Assembly (NCBI RefSeq): GCF_036321535.1
Contig: NC_087437.1
Location: 95,606,001 to 95,670,000, forward strand
Direction of reading: 5' to 3'
DNA length: 64,000 nt
Source of the DNA: Camelus dromedarius
Taxonomy: Eukaryota
The stretch's first letter is position 1; each line of letters starts with the position of its first letter. Shown one piece after another: positions 51,210-64,000 of this stretch. The notes under the pieces are model-generated. The model was given only the letters and a program-made list of their open reading frames with translations. It ran no database searches and was not told where the DNA came from. The position numbers and the translations under genes were made by a program.

Positions 51210-53109
51210 TTATGATTTAAAATGAATTTTAGAGTTCAAATATGGTATGTACTTCTATTTTGAGCAATTATAAAGGCACTGCTATTTTATTGTGTATATA
51301 ATAAATATTAGTCTCTGTATTAGATACTCAAGATACACATTTGCATTTTGTTTTCTCTCCACCCTAAAAATAAGTATTCTTTCCCCATTTTATTGATAAA
51401 GAAAGAGACACAGAGCATTTAAGTAACTTGTTCAAAGTCACACAGCTAGTAAACAGTAAAAGCAGAATTCAAGTTTTTGTTACTGTTGTTCAGTATTATA
51501 TGCACCTGTTCTTTAAAAAGAAAATTTACTCAACTAGAAATGAAAGATATGTTTTGATGGATTTGGTAGTTAAGCAGTATTTATTGTTTACATTGCAGAA
51601 AATAGAAAGGCTGAAGAAGGTAGTAATCAACTTAAGGAGTTTTAAGATTTTGGGTAAGTTATATGGCATCTGGTTTTTTCAGTTCATTTTGGCTCTTGAT
51701 TGTGTCACATGGAAATCTCATCTTGCTGTATATGCTCTTGGATCAGCCGAGAGGGAATTACTACAATGAAATGTTACAGTAGTTTTCTAATGTACTGATT
51801 CCACATAAACCCAATGGACTGTGTTAAGAATCCATGAAGAGTTCATTGGCATTATCAGGATCTGCTGTGCTGCACATAGTGCCTGTATGGTATCCTTATC
51901 AACACTGAAAGAGTTGTTGCTAAAGTGGGAGTGTTGAGTGTATGAGAAAGCAGAACTTTCCATCATATTATTTGGAAGAAATTTGACCCTCTGATCTGTA
52001 GGTTTGTCATTTATTTAAGTGTTACATTTGAAAGATCATTAAGGAACTAAAGATAAAGAATTTTTTTTTTAAATGAAGTTAACACATCCCCCCAGCCAGC
52101 CTGGAGTTTAATACTGGAATTCAGACCAAATGGGAATGTGAAGGCAGAACACAGTCATATCACCTGGGTCAAAAAGGTATTTAGTTTACTAAATATCCAT
52201 TGGGTAACTAATAGGTGCCAAGCACTGAGTCAGCTGCTAGGGATACAAAAATCAATGTGGTATGATTTTCCTTCTCAAGGAGATTATTGTTTCAAAGGGA
52301 AACTGATTAACAATTACAACATACTTGTTATAATAAAAATTATATCTGAGAGGCAAGAGTTGTTCTACTGAGACATAAGACCTGATTTGCAACCTGGGCA
52401 TTATTCTATAAACAAATCAGACTAACCCTTGGAGCAGAAATACTCCCCTGGAAGAGGAGTCTTGAAGAAGCTTAACTCATTAGGGGAAATCTGCAGAAGT
52501 GGTTAAGAGAAGTGATAAGAATGAAGTTAGCTGGGAACAAATTCATGAAAGACCTTTGAAGACCATGCAAAAATGTTAAAATTATGACTGAAATGAACCT
52601 GCTTCCCTCTTTTGTAAAACCATCACTACTATTTACCTAGATGATCAGGGGAAAGAAAAGTGAGGATCATTTTTGTTCTCACCCCAAATAGTCCATTTAC
52701 TGATTGCCAAGTTCTGTCAATTCTACCTTTAACATGTTTTTAAGATTTTTCCCAGTCTTCATTGTTAAACTCTTAGTTTGAGACATTATTATCTTCTGTG
52801 AGATAAAATAAAACTTTCCTAATAGTTCTCCATTCCTCTCCAACTTCGGGTCTTTGTGATCTGAGTTTACATGATGAAGGAAAGGAGCCAGCAAAGAGAA
52901 AGAGAAGTGGGATAGGAAAGAAGAAAAAGTGAAATAGCAAGATTCCCGTGCAAACAGGAAGACATGGAATATAGAACAGAGATGAGCAAGTATGTCTGTT
53001 ACAAAAGAAGCACCCTGTTCTTGGTAATGGCTGGAAAACAGTAAGAATGAGTTCAGAGGTGCGGTCAGGTCACTATAACCTGACATACATGTTCCTAAAA
53101 GTCACTAGC

Positions 53110-53530
53110 TCTATTAGTCAGGATTCTCCAGAGAAACAGAGCCAATAGCATTTATCTATCTGTCTTTCTGTCTCTCTTCTCTCTAGGTAGAGAGTGAGAG
53201 AAAGAGAGGGATTTTAAGGAATTGACTTACACAATTATGGAGGCCATCAAGGCAGGTTGGCAGGCTGGAGAACCAGGGAAGGGTTGATGTCGCAGCTCAA
53301 GTTCAAAGACAGTCTGGAGGCCAAATTCTCTCTTCCTCAGGAACCTCAATCTGTTTTAATGCCTTCAACTGATTGTTTGGAGCCCACCCACATTATGAAG
53401 CGTAATCTGCTTTACTAAGTCTGATTTAAATGTTGATCTCATCTAAAATATACCTTCATAACAAAATCCAGACTTATGTTTGACCAAATATTGTGGCCTA
53501 ATCAAGCTGACACATAAAATTGACCATTCC
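53110..53530 (-). mobile_element. MLT2 solo LTR
   Basis: TATTAGTCAGGATTCTCCAGAGAAACAGAGCCAATAG...GCTGACACATAAAATTGACCAT. Confidence 0.8.
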
Positions 53531-56445
53531 ATCAGACATTACAATAAATATGATAGTTTTACCTTGAAAAAAATGGAATTTACTTGTAGATGTTGGAAAA
53601 GTTGCAACTTGTGAGTTACTGTGAAGTGGTGGAAGGAGGTTTAGCTAACTTTGGTCAGAAAGTAGCAATGTCAGATGTGGATGGGTGTGGCTGATAACAC
53701 ACATGGGCAGCTGAGCTGGTAGATGTTTGAGATGTGTTTGTGGGTATGTTTTGCTTATTTTGGTGTAGCTCAGTTCAGCTCTCGTGCAGTTTTCTGTGCT
53801 TACCTGGTGTTTCTCGTAGGTGAAATCATGCTTTAGCAAACATGAAATTTGTTATGCTTAAATTGTTTCCTAATGTAGTAATTGTGTTGGAACAAATTCC
53901 CATTTTAAAAACAGAAATAACTGTATTTAAGTTTATGATTATAGGTTGGGGGTGATGGATAGAATTAGCAGAATTCATGCTATCACTGATGTTCTTTGCA
54001 AAGAAGTTTAGCTTATTGGCTGAAAAAGAAGGTGATGGACAGGGAAATCCACAAATATATGGAGGGCTGCTTCAGGCACAGTAGATACTGAGCAGGTAGT
54101 CAGTAAAGATTTATTGAATGAGTGTATAAATAAGTAAACAAAGGGATTTTTATGGTGAACGGAAATTGGAGTGATTTTTGCACTAGGCAGTAGAATTCTA
54201 AATTGGCATTGATTGCTTACCTGAGGTAAAAAGATCATTGCATTGATTCAAGGTAGGGAATCATGAATATCCCGGTCAGGGAAAGGATTGTTACACTGTT
54301 TATGTCCAGTTTAGCTAAGAAGGGAAGTAAACTTACAAAGGAAGAGTAACAGAGAGAGAGAGAGAATTAGAGGTGTGAAGGCAATAGACATCCTCACGAA
54401 GACACAAGAAGCTTCAGTGGAGATAAAAAGGACGGGACATAATGGGTTTGAGTGAGTGGCCGAGGGTATCTAGGACTCATCACAGACTTACTGGACTTCA
54501 CAGCAGCTTCAAGTGTAACCTTAGACCCTTTGTTGGGGACTGTAGCTGTTAATATAGTTCTAGTCTTGGTCAGCACCGTCTGGAAAATTGGGTGGGAGTG
54601 AGCCTGTGAGTGGAAATACTCCAGCTGAGAGGTGATGAGGAAATTAGCATTTTCTGTTTGCCAGCAGAGTACCATGAAAATCATAAGCAATCAGATTTAG
54701 GTTAATATATAACAAAGCACTTCCTAATCATTTGAACTGTAAAACAGTGGAATGGGCTGCATTGTGAGGTATGCTGTGCACTTTTCATATAAGACCAGGG
54801 TGCACATCAGTGTTACTGTTGCTGCTGTTGTTATTTGCTCTTACTACCAATAAGGTGTCAAAAGAATTCTTCAGTTACTGGGGCAGTTGGATTGGATGTT
54901 CCATTGTATGTGAGTATTCTTAATTTATTAAACCAATGTCCTGCTAGTGATAAAAAAAACTCCTGATTTTTATATTTTCTGGTCTTACTAAATAGTTGAA
55001 TCACAAAAAGTTGAATAGTTTACCTATTTTTATTTTTCCTTACTTGTCCATATACATATAGGTACACCACAATTTGGCTGCTTGGTGGCAATTTCTTACA
55101 CACATAAAATCAAAATAAACATCTGAGCATTTTCAGATTTCTGCAGGTAGACTGAAGAGCTGCATTTAATGTCTGAAAGAACATCCAGCATAATTAAACC
55201 TTTAGCAAGCTCTGCTTCACTCCTCCACAGCTTACTTAGCATCAGTAATTTCTACCTGACAGGATATTAGATGCCAGGACTTATTATAATATTACTTCCC
55301 TAAAAAGTGAAGCTCAGGAAACACCTTAATTGCACTTTGCTGACAACTGTACTTTTCAAACTTTAGCATCTACAGGAATCATATGGGATACTTGTTTAAA
55401 ATGCAGAGTCCCTGGGCCCTAGCCCTGGAAATCCTTTTTTAAGTAAATTTGCGGTAAGAAGCAGAATCTACGTTTTAATCAGCATTGTAGAGTTTCCAAC
55501 ACAGACAGTTTATGGGCCACAATCTGAGAAAACAGCAGCCTGGAATGATCAATCCTAACAGTTGATCAATCAGGTCTTGTCAGTTTGACTGATTAATTTT
55601 TCATTCCATCAACTCATTTGAACTCAAAGATAAGTTAAATGAAACGACACTCTGATTATAAGCATAAACATAACCTCATTGTACGGCCTTAGATCAATAT
55701 TTTAACTTTCCAACAGCTCAGTTGCAGGATCTATAAAATAGTAACTGTATTTCCTCACTGTGTTGTTTAAAAGAAGAACTATTAAAATTTTACAAAACAA
55801 GTTTTAAATGTGAACACTTAATGGCAGAATACTCTCAGTATATTATGGAAATTAAATAATTAGTATGAGGGGAATTGATTTCAGTGTTATGTAAAAGTAC
55901 ATGTTTCTGCTCGACAAGGAGTAGCTTGAATTCTGATATGATTTGATCTACTATTTTTATACTGAATATGCATTACTGGAAATAGGTCACAGCAGGAAGA
56001 CAGATTAAGGCAGTTTAAAGGAAAATAGAAACTGTAGAAACTATAAAAAATAAATTTGCAATTACAATAAGAGAGCAGAGCCATCTCCTTTTCTTTGTTT
56101 ACTCAGCGGCCAATATAATCATTCTCGATTTCACACACACGTTAACCCTTGCATCTCCTAACGGCTTCTTCAACATTCTCAAAGGAAGTGGGCATATTCC
56201 TTCTGGTTTTAATATTAGAACAAAGTGTATTTAGCACTCTGTGAGCAAATATGAGACCAAATACACCGTAAATAGTAAACTTAAGAAAGAGTAATCCCCT
56301 ATTATTGTAATTTAGAGTTAAGATTTTAAAAAGGGAAGAAAAGGAGGAGGGAGAGAAGGCAAAACATGTAAATGTGAGAGGATATGAGTGAATAAATATG
56401 GGAAATACACAGTATTAAGACTTTTTGATGGACATAAAAAACTTT

Positions 56446-56720
56446 TATGGTTACCAAAGGGGAAAGTGAGAGGGGGTGATAAATTAGGAGTTTGAGATTA
56501 ATATATGCACATTACTATAGATAAACAAAAAGGACCCACTGTTTGCACAAGGAACTATATTCAATATCTTGCAATAACCTATAATGGAAAATAATCTGAA
56601 AAATAATATATATGTACATCCAACTGAATCACATTGCTGTATACCTAAAACTAACACAGCATTGCAAATTAAATATACTTCAGTAAAAAATAGTAGAATT
56701 TTAAACATTTATTTAAAAAA
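56446..56720 (+). mobile_element. L1 3'-end fragment
   Basis: ATGGTTACCAAAGGGG...AAACTAACACAGCATTGCAAATT with an A-rich tail; same family as the 3' end near 16650. Confidence 0.85.
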
Positions 56721-57049
56721 AGACTTTGATGAATAAATAGTGAAATGTAATCATGAATTATATGATTATGATGTTTTAATAGTTCATCCTTTAGACATTG
56801 TATTGGAATTAACAATTTCCTTTTACACAGCTCTTCCTTCACACCATTCCAGTCCCACTTTCTTTGTTGTTCCTCTGATACACCCCTCAAACTCTTGCCC
56901 TCAGGGTCCTTGAACTTGCTCTGTCCCTTCCTGGAACACATGTCTCCCAAATACTTACAAGGTTCATTTTTGTACTTCAATCACATCCTTCTAAAATATC
57001 TCCTTGATGAGGCCTTCCTTGAACTCTCTAACTAAAACCATGTCTCAGG

Positions 57050-58900
57050 GTTTTTGGTAGGAGATCCTGTGTGATCTAAGGGAGCTTTGGTCTTCTTAGG
57101 GAGATTTTTCTGAGACAAGGCGTGCTTCATCCATAAATAACCTATCTAATATTCTGAGGCTCCGGGGGAGAGTTGGGTAAATAATGCTGATGAAGGCCAC
57201 CACTGGAGCATGAGGAACAATCTAAACACATCTAGATAAGTTATTGTGGGCAGGGCTGCTACTCTGGAAAACTCCTCTAGTCTATATGTCAAAACCAGGT
57301 GATAGTTAAGAGATATTATTATGACAGTGAGACAGCAAATGCCCTTCATTAAGGTGAACTCCTTGACAAAAAGTGTAAGTCAAGCTTGAGTCAGCCAGAA
57401 GGAGCAAACACCGTAGCTCCAGCTGAAAGCAGTGTGGCTGCAGCTGCTGAGTCCAGGAGTTCCCAGAACTGACACAGATGGTGGCAATAACGGTGGCTTT
57501 TCCTCCTGATGTACAGCTTTGGATGGACAGATAGTACTTAAAGTTTTAAAACTTCAGCCATTTGCAGTCCCAGCTCAGCTGAAAACCACGAGTACACATT
57601 CCTTGCTTTCTTAGTCTGTCCAGGCTGCTATAACAAAATACCACAAACTGGGTGGCTTATAGACAGCAGAAATTTATTTTTTCACAGTTCTGGAGACTGG
57701 AATTCTGAGATGGGAGTCTGCTAGCGTCAGAGGGGCCCTCTTCCTGGTGCAGACTTCTGATTGTGGCCTCGCGTGGTGAGAGCCCTAATCCCATTCATGA
57801 GGGCCCACCTTCATGACGTGAGCACCTCCCAATACTTTATAATAACTCTTAAACCTTCCTATTGGGCATTAGGATTTCAACATACAAAATTTGGGGAAGG
57901 CACAAATGTTTAGACCATAGTACAGGCTTATGGCCCAGAGTCATTTTCTCTCTCCCTTGCTCCCCAATCCAACTTTAGCTGCTTTATGGAGAAAGATGAT
58001 TGTCATGAGACCAAGGTCTTTCTGTCCTCAAGGAAAACAAAGACCATAATCACTCATCCAAATATGCTGGGGAACTTTCAGAGGAGTGGGACTCAAAGTT
58101 TTATTATTATGTTGAATACAGGTGCCAAAGTCACCATCCTGCCAGGCCCTGTGCAGGGACAACCCTCTTTCAACTGATGGGGAATGGAGGCTGAAGAGCC
58201 CTGTGGGTGGGGCCCTTTGGGCCAATTCAGTGTGCTAACATGCTTCCACTGTAGAATGTATAATGATTCTCCAATCTTGAAGGAAGAGGTAGTTAGACTT
58301 ATACATTTCTCCCCAATCCGTCTCTCAAGTCTTCTCCTGAGTGGTCCAACAGAAATTACATAGCGTCTCAGGAGAAGGAAAAAAAAAATCAGCTTTCATT
58401 ATGGACATCAATATAGCAAGGATACCAAGAGATGCCATATATCAACACAACAGCCCTGCATGTCCAATGCAAGGGAGCTGGAGGATGATGGTCAATTCAG
58501 TGTAGTTACTTCTTTTATAGACTCAGTGATTCTAGCCATAGGGATTGTACACATAGTATGTTGCACAGACTGAAGGCGGTTGATATTACTTACTGTCCCA
58601 GACATTGCCAGTGCCTTCTTTTCTGTTTCACTTGCACCAAAGGATCAAGATCAGTTGACAGTTATTAGTGTGGCTTTCATGCTGATTGTGGCCATTAGAA
58701 AACCACTTAATGGTATTAAATAGGGGAAAAATATGAACGGATAACAGAGGGGCAAGACTCTCAGTAATGTGGTAAATTCCATGGACGTGGGGAGATTGAT
58801 GCAAATGTCCTGGAGGTCCATCTTATCTAGGCCACTCTAATGAATGTGACTTGATCAGGCATGTGCATATGGGTCACACAAATGTCCCCAGAGGTAATAC
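57050..58900 (+). mobile_element. Ancient ERVL internal remnant (gag/pro/pol), interrupted by MLT1
   Basis: Degenerate protease MLNTGAKVTILPG (~58110-58148) and RT motif DIASAFFSVSLAPKDQDQL from 58601. Confidence 0.65.
57605..57924 (-). mobile_element. MLT1A/B-like (MaLR) solo LTR
   Basis: CTTAGTCTGTCCAGGCTGCTATAACAAAATACCACAAACTGGGTGGCTTA...TTTAGACCATAGTACA. Confidence 0.8.
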
Positions 58901-60497
58901 CACCTGCCTCAGAATTAATCCAGGCTACCTCATATTTGCATTCTTCAGGGAATATTTACTGCTTATTTCCTTCTTATATCTTTAACCCTACCTCACTGTA
59001 CCCTACTTCGGCAAGTTGAGCTCCAAACCAAAAACATGACCTCACCTTATTTTTTTTTTTTTTTTCCAATTTGACACATGTGTTTTCTTTTTGGACAGCT
59101 GTCTTTGTTTTTGTTTTTTGTTATTTACCCTCTCATCTAGCTCACAAACATCTATGTTTGCTCATGCAAAACCTTTCTCTCTGGAAATACAATTAGGCAA
59201 AGAAGAGAGGTGATGACATCAGAATCAGGGCAACAGAAGTAGGAGGAAAGCAGTGGGTGGTGAAGATACTGCCGCTTTCATGCTGATGTGGTGAAATGGA
59301 CAAACCACAGTTAGAAAACAGATACGGGGAAGGAGGGCAATGGGATGAGATAAAATGACCTCCAGGATTCTAACTCTAGTGCCTAAAACACTGTGGTACC
59401 ATTTTCTGAGATTGAAAATACAGAAGAAAGAACAAGGAGGGAAGGTGTTTAGTTTAGTTTTGACTTATGAGAACAGACAGGCTTACATAGACTTCCCCCT
59501 TAGCTATCACTGTTCCTGCCACTGGATGTACTAAGAGCTATATATTTTCTGTAGGGGAACCTGTTATTTTTAAGATATACCAAGGAAACTGCAAAAGAAA
59601 CCCACTTAGGACTATCCTTGACCCACTCCATGCCCAGAGTTTTGTTCCTTGGGGTAATCTGGTTTATGAAGCTATCTGTTCCTTGAACCTAGAAATGTAG
59701 CAAGGTTATCCAAAGATAAATTATTCATTGTGCCTTTTACTGTCCCAGGAGCACCTTGTGTAGGGCAAGAATGGTTTCTACTAAAATAATAATTCATGAT
59801 GAGGTATTTACTTGACTTTGATGTCTTCGTAGCACATCTCCTTAACACCCACAACACTGACCTAAACAAGCTCACTTGAGATTGTAAATAAAACTCGTAT
59901 GATGGAAGGTGCTTTCTCCATATTTTTTTCTCTCAGTGAAAACAGTTTAATGATACTTGAAAGAAAACTAGATAATTTGCTCTTAAATCAAATTTCTATG
60001 TTATATTTATTAATTCAATGAATATTAATTATGCATTTAGTGAACTAGATAATTCGCTCTTCAATTTCCAGGTTCTATTTATTAATTCAATAACTATTAA
60101 TTATGCATTATGTGTTTTTTCATGTCTAACCTCTATAACTTTTATCCATAGTTCCTCTATTGTAACTTTTGTCTATTTATCTACCTGTTCTACATAATTC
60201 TTCTAGGCTCTCAATCTATTTTACACACTGCATTAAATAGAGCACCGTAGTACATTATGCAGGTCTTTCTCCTCCATGGTCAGTGGTTGAGAACTTCCTT
60301 GAGAACGGGGGTTCTAGGTTTGGAGGTCCATGCATGCTAATCAGGATTCTTTCAGTTGTAAGTGAAAAGCAGAAATACAACTCAAATTATTTTAAGAAAG
60401 AAGGAAAATAGAAGAAGCAAATTTTACCTCACCTAAGGTGAAGATCAAGGTGTATAAATTGGTTTCTGGTATGGGTAGATTTAAGTGTGTGTGAAAT

Positions 60498-60985
60498 TGT
60501 AACTGAGCAGGACCCCATGGGGCCTTCTTAGGACACACCCCTCCCCCATATCGTCTGCTTTAGCTCCTCTCTGAAGTACCCAGATAACAGTTTCTGATGC
60601 ACATTTCCTGAGTTGTTTTACAGATGCTAAAACCCCCACCAAATGGAAGACTTAACTACTTGATGACCATGAACTCATAGCCCCCAGACCTACTGACACC
60701 TAAGGACTGATAATGTTAACCCCCGTGACATCACCCTGTTAACCGCACCATTAGCCAATCAGAGAATTGTGCACAATCTGATCACATACCCTGGGACTCT
60801 CTCACCAAGCATTTAAAAACTTTCCTGAAACTCATTTGGGAGTTTGGGTGTTTTGAGCATTAGCTGCTCTGGACTCCTTGCTTGGCATCCTGAATAAATG
60901 CTACACTTTCCTTTACCACAACCTGGTGTCAATAGATTTGCTTTACCACACATGGTCAAGCAGACCCAAGTTTGGTTCAGTATCA
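60498..60985 (+). mobile_element. Solo LTR, ERV1-like (same family as 2116-2599), inserted in an older MLT1-like element
   Basis: TGTAACTGAGCAGG...GGTTCAGTATCA; perfect 4-bp TSD AAAT at 60494-60497 and 60986-60989. Confidence 0.9.
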
Positions 60986-63900
60986 AAATGATATAATTCT
61001 ATTTATTCTTCTCTTGACTCTGCCTCTACCTGGCCTTGTTTTTCATATAGACTATCCCCATGAATAAATGTACACTTGGCAATACAATTAGACAAGAAGA
61101 TGGCCTTCAGATAGCCTGGGAGGAGGTCTCATGCCATTGACTACTTCCTGAGTCATCACTTGCCTATCTTTTGGGCTAGGGTTGCTTCCAGTGAAAGCAA
61201 ATGTTCTGAGCAGATTGACTCTGGACAGTGAAATAGGGGTCATGGAGTTCTCCAAAGGAAGGGATATTAGACAGACAAAAATCAAACATATAAAATCCAC
61301 ATCAAATCCTCAGCAATTAAAACACTGATTTAAAGATTATAGGTATTCATTAAATATTGTTACCTAAATAGAAGTGAACAATATTTTGACCTTTTGACAG
61401 TAACATATACTGTTACTTTGGGACAGGCCAAGAGAGTAAACATAGTGTCTCTAAAAGAGAATGTAATCCAACTGAGTAGTATAAAAAATGTATGTAATAG
61501 GTACTATGGGTGTATATATGGAAGAAAGACAGAGAGAGGGCAAGAGAGGACAATCTTAGTTACTATGTATAAGATGTCAGTAGAAAATTGATGCATGGAA
61601 CCCAGAGGGAGTTATATATTGTGGGCTAGAAGGTTTAGAGAAGACTTAGGGATCAAGGCATGCTTTGAATGATGCTCTAGATGTCACTCTCACTTTAAAG
61701 TTATCAATACCAAATTCAGTTAGCTTAAGGGATTTTATTGGCTTATATAACAGAGAAGTACCAAGGAGAATGTGATTTCAGACACAGCTGGCTTTAGGGT
61801 TTATACAAGACATCAGAACTCTATCTCATTATTTCTCAGCTCTGCTTTCTCCTACTTTTTGGTTTAATATCTCCTTCTACAAACAGATTTCCTCTGTGAC
61901 TGGTAGAGATGACTGCTACCATCAGTCACAATTACATTCTTCCAACTTAGAAACCCATGTGGAAAATAATGCCTCACTCTTACTTTCATATCTCAAACCA
62001 GGGAAAAATTCAGATTGGCCTTGATTTAGTCAAGGTTCCATCTCTGAACATACCATTGTTTCCAAGATAATCCATGACTAAGCAGGCCTGAATCACATTC
62101 AATTTTGGGAAAAGAGTTAAGAGGTGGGAAAAAACATGCCAGGCAGCCTCAGATCCACCAAAATGTGTAGGATATTCATAGAGAATCTTATTCATACAAT
62201 AGTCAAAGTATTAAAGGTCCCTATGAAATCCTTGAGGTTAGGTGTGGGAGTGGTAGGAAATCAGGAGGAGGACAGGAAGACAAATAAATAATAGTGAGGG
62301 AGAAGACTACTGGAGTTTCAGATTTTGTGTTAGAACAACACATTAGATGATGGTGGTCCATGGGATGGGTGATTGATGGAGAGGACAGGTGAGGCCACTG
62401 AATTTAAGAAGTTGTGGAAATAGCAGGATGAGTTTAACAGATTGTATATACATGAAAATATAAATCTCTGAGAGAGAGTAAAAAAGATATACTAGACTGT
62501 GAGCTGGCTGCAAAGTCTCCAACAAATGAAGAGGAGACAATGGAAGTTTGTTGAGTAGTAGCAGCAAAGTTGTATACAGAGGGCTTAAACCCCAAAGAAA
62601 TGTTTTGTGTACTGTAAGTTGAAAAAGTAATTAGAAAAAAAAAAAAAAAAGACTTACATACAAGAGTCATTGAGGAAAAAAAGATGGAATGATAAAATAA
62701 AGATCTACTTACTATCACATTAAAAATCACGTGAGAGACATAGAACCTGATTCTTCAAGTGGATTTGATATACATTTGATACTACATTTGGATATTTTTT
62801 TTTTCCATTTTCTAGTATTGCTCTGAGAGGAAAACAGCCCTCTCTGCTACTAGTTCAAAGATTTCACAAAGAGGGTAAAGTAAATTTCTGAAATCAGATT
62901 TTTAGATAATTCATTAACTGTTCAATTAATCTTCATTCAACAAATATTTATTGAACAGCTACTACGTGTAAGAAAGGTGTGTGCTTACTGCTGTGAAATT
63001 CTAACTTTTGCAATGGGAAAGTCAAGATTGATTTTATCGTAATTTTTGACATCCAAATTACTAAATGACCTTGGGCCTTTCTCAGATGTCAAATGCAAAA
63101 TACATTAAAAATGGCTTTTTTTTTCCCCAGGAATAGAGAATAATGGATAAACCCTAATAGAATTATAGTACTTATGGTACTTTAAAATATTTTTATGCAA
63201 AATTTCATATTAAACAATATTTTCATCATCGTTTATTTGTCATATACAATTTATAGTTTCAGGGAAATTATATAATTTTATGTGGTTTTTAATTTCTTGT
63301 TCTACCCCTAACTTCTTGTCTTATTCTCTTTTGACGAATGATCTGAATAGCTTTTATTAAAGATATATATTAACAAATTTGAAATTTAGCAGAATTTTTC
63401 TGACTTTATCTTTTATTAAAGAAAATTAAACTAGTATTCTAAGATATATTCTATTTTTGTGGACTAAGTAAAATATAAACTGCTAGTATAGTTTCATCTC
63501 TTGGAATACTTATTGAATACTAATTGAAATTGAGAATTAATAGAATTGCCACTCATTAAATAATATCTTTAGCAAAGAAATTAACATATGCAGCAATTTC
63601 TTTATTATTTTTGGCTATTCTGTTTCCCAGCAGGTGTATTCACAGCCAACAGCACTATGAATCAAGAGACTTATAAACACAGAAGTTTAGGAAATAGGTA
63701 CTTGTTTTCTCATTGTTTGTACTTAAGGAATTTGTAAATTTAATACAGCATGCATACTTATGGAGAAATTTCCATCATAAATATTTGAGTGTCTATCATA
63801 TTCCAAGCACTATTTTAGGCCCTGCAGATATGAAAGTAAATGAGAAAAGTACACTGTTTTCATAAAACTTCCATTTTAGTTGATGGAGGAAAAACAATAA

Positions 63901-64000
63901 ACATATAGATAAATAACTGAGTACTACGAGGAAGATGAAAGAGTGTAATATAACAAAGCATGGTTGAGGATGCTGTTGGGGAAGGCATTTCTGAGAAGGT

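Noticed and set aside
60005..60111. Imperfect ~35-bp AT-rich direct repeat (similar short duplications at ~44097-44137 and ~47948-47982)
   Set aside because: Two-copy local slippage duplications; no array structure and nothing CRISPR-like.
2116..60985. One giant LTR element bounded by the two similar LTRs
   Set aside because: Each LTR has its own flanking duplication, there is no PBS or PPT next to them, and the intervening DNA is ordinary ancient genomic sequence.

Overview
AT-rich, repeat-dense mammalian intergenic or intronic DNA. A Vic-1-like tRNA-derived SINE points to a camelid host. No intact host coding gene is evident. The main feature is a young, two-LTR gammaretrovirus-like (class I) provirus on the minus strand at 5445-10652. 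Its 451-bp LTRs differ at about 8 sites, and it has a CTAG target-site duplication, a tRNA-Thr PBS and a PPT. The provirus is internally deleted: almost all of RT and IN and nearly all of env SU are gone. Its gag capsid region carries a 228-nt, frame-preserving insert that I recognise as a captured, apparently spliced fragment of host ATXN7 (ataxin-7) mRNA, including part of the CAG/polyQ tract, joined to gag through microhomologies. It also retains an intact 58-aa two-helix hydrophobic ORF between pol and env that the ORF track missed. Elsewhere are an old MAP7 (ensconsin) processed pseudogene (~28.9-30.3 kb, minus strand), a 3.4-kb 5'-truncated L1, two related ERV1-type solo LTRs, ERVL remnants and many ancient MLT, MIR, L2 and MER repeats. 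Gene and repeat-family identifications come from recalled sequences, not database searches.
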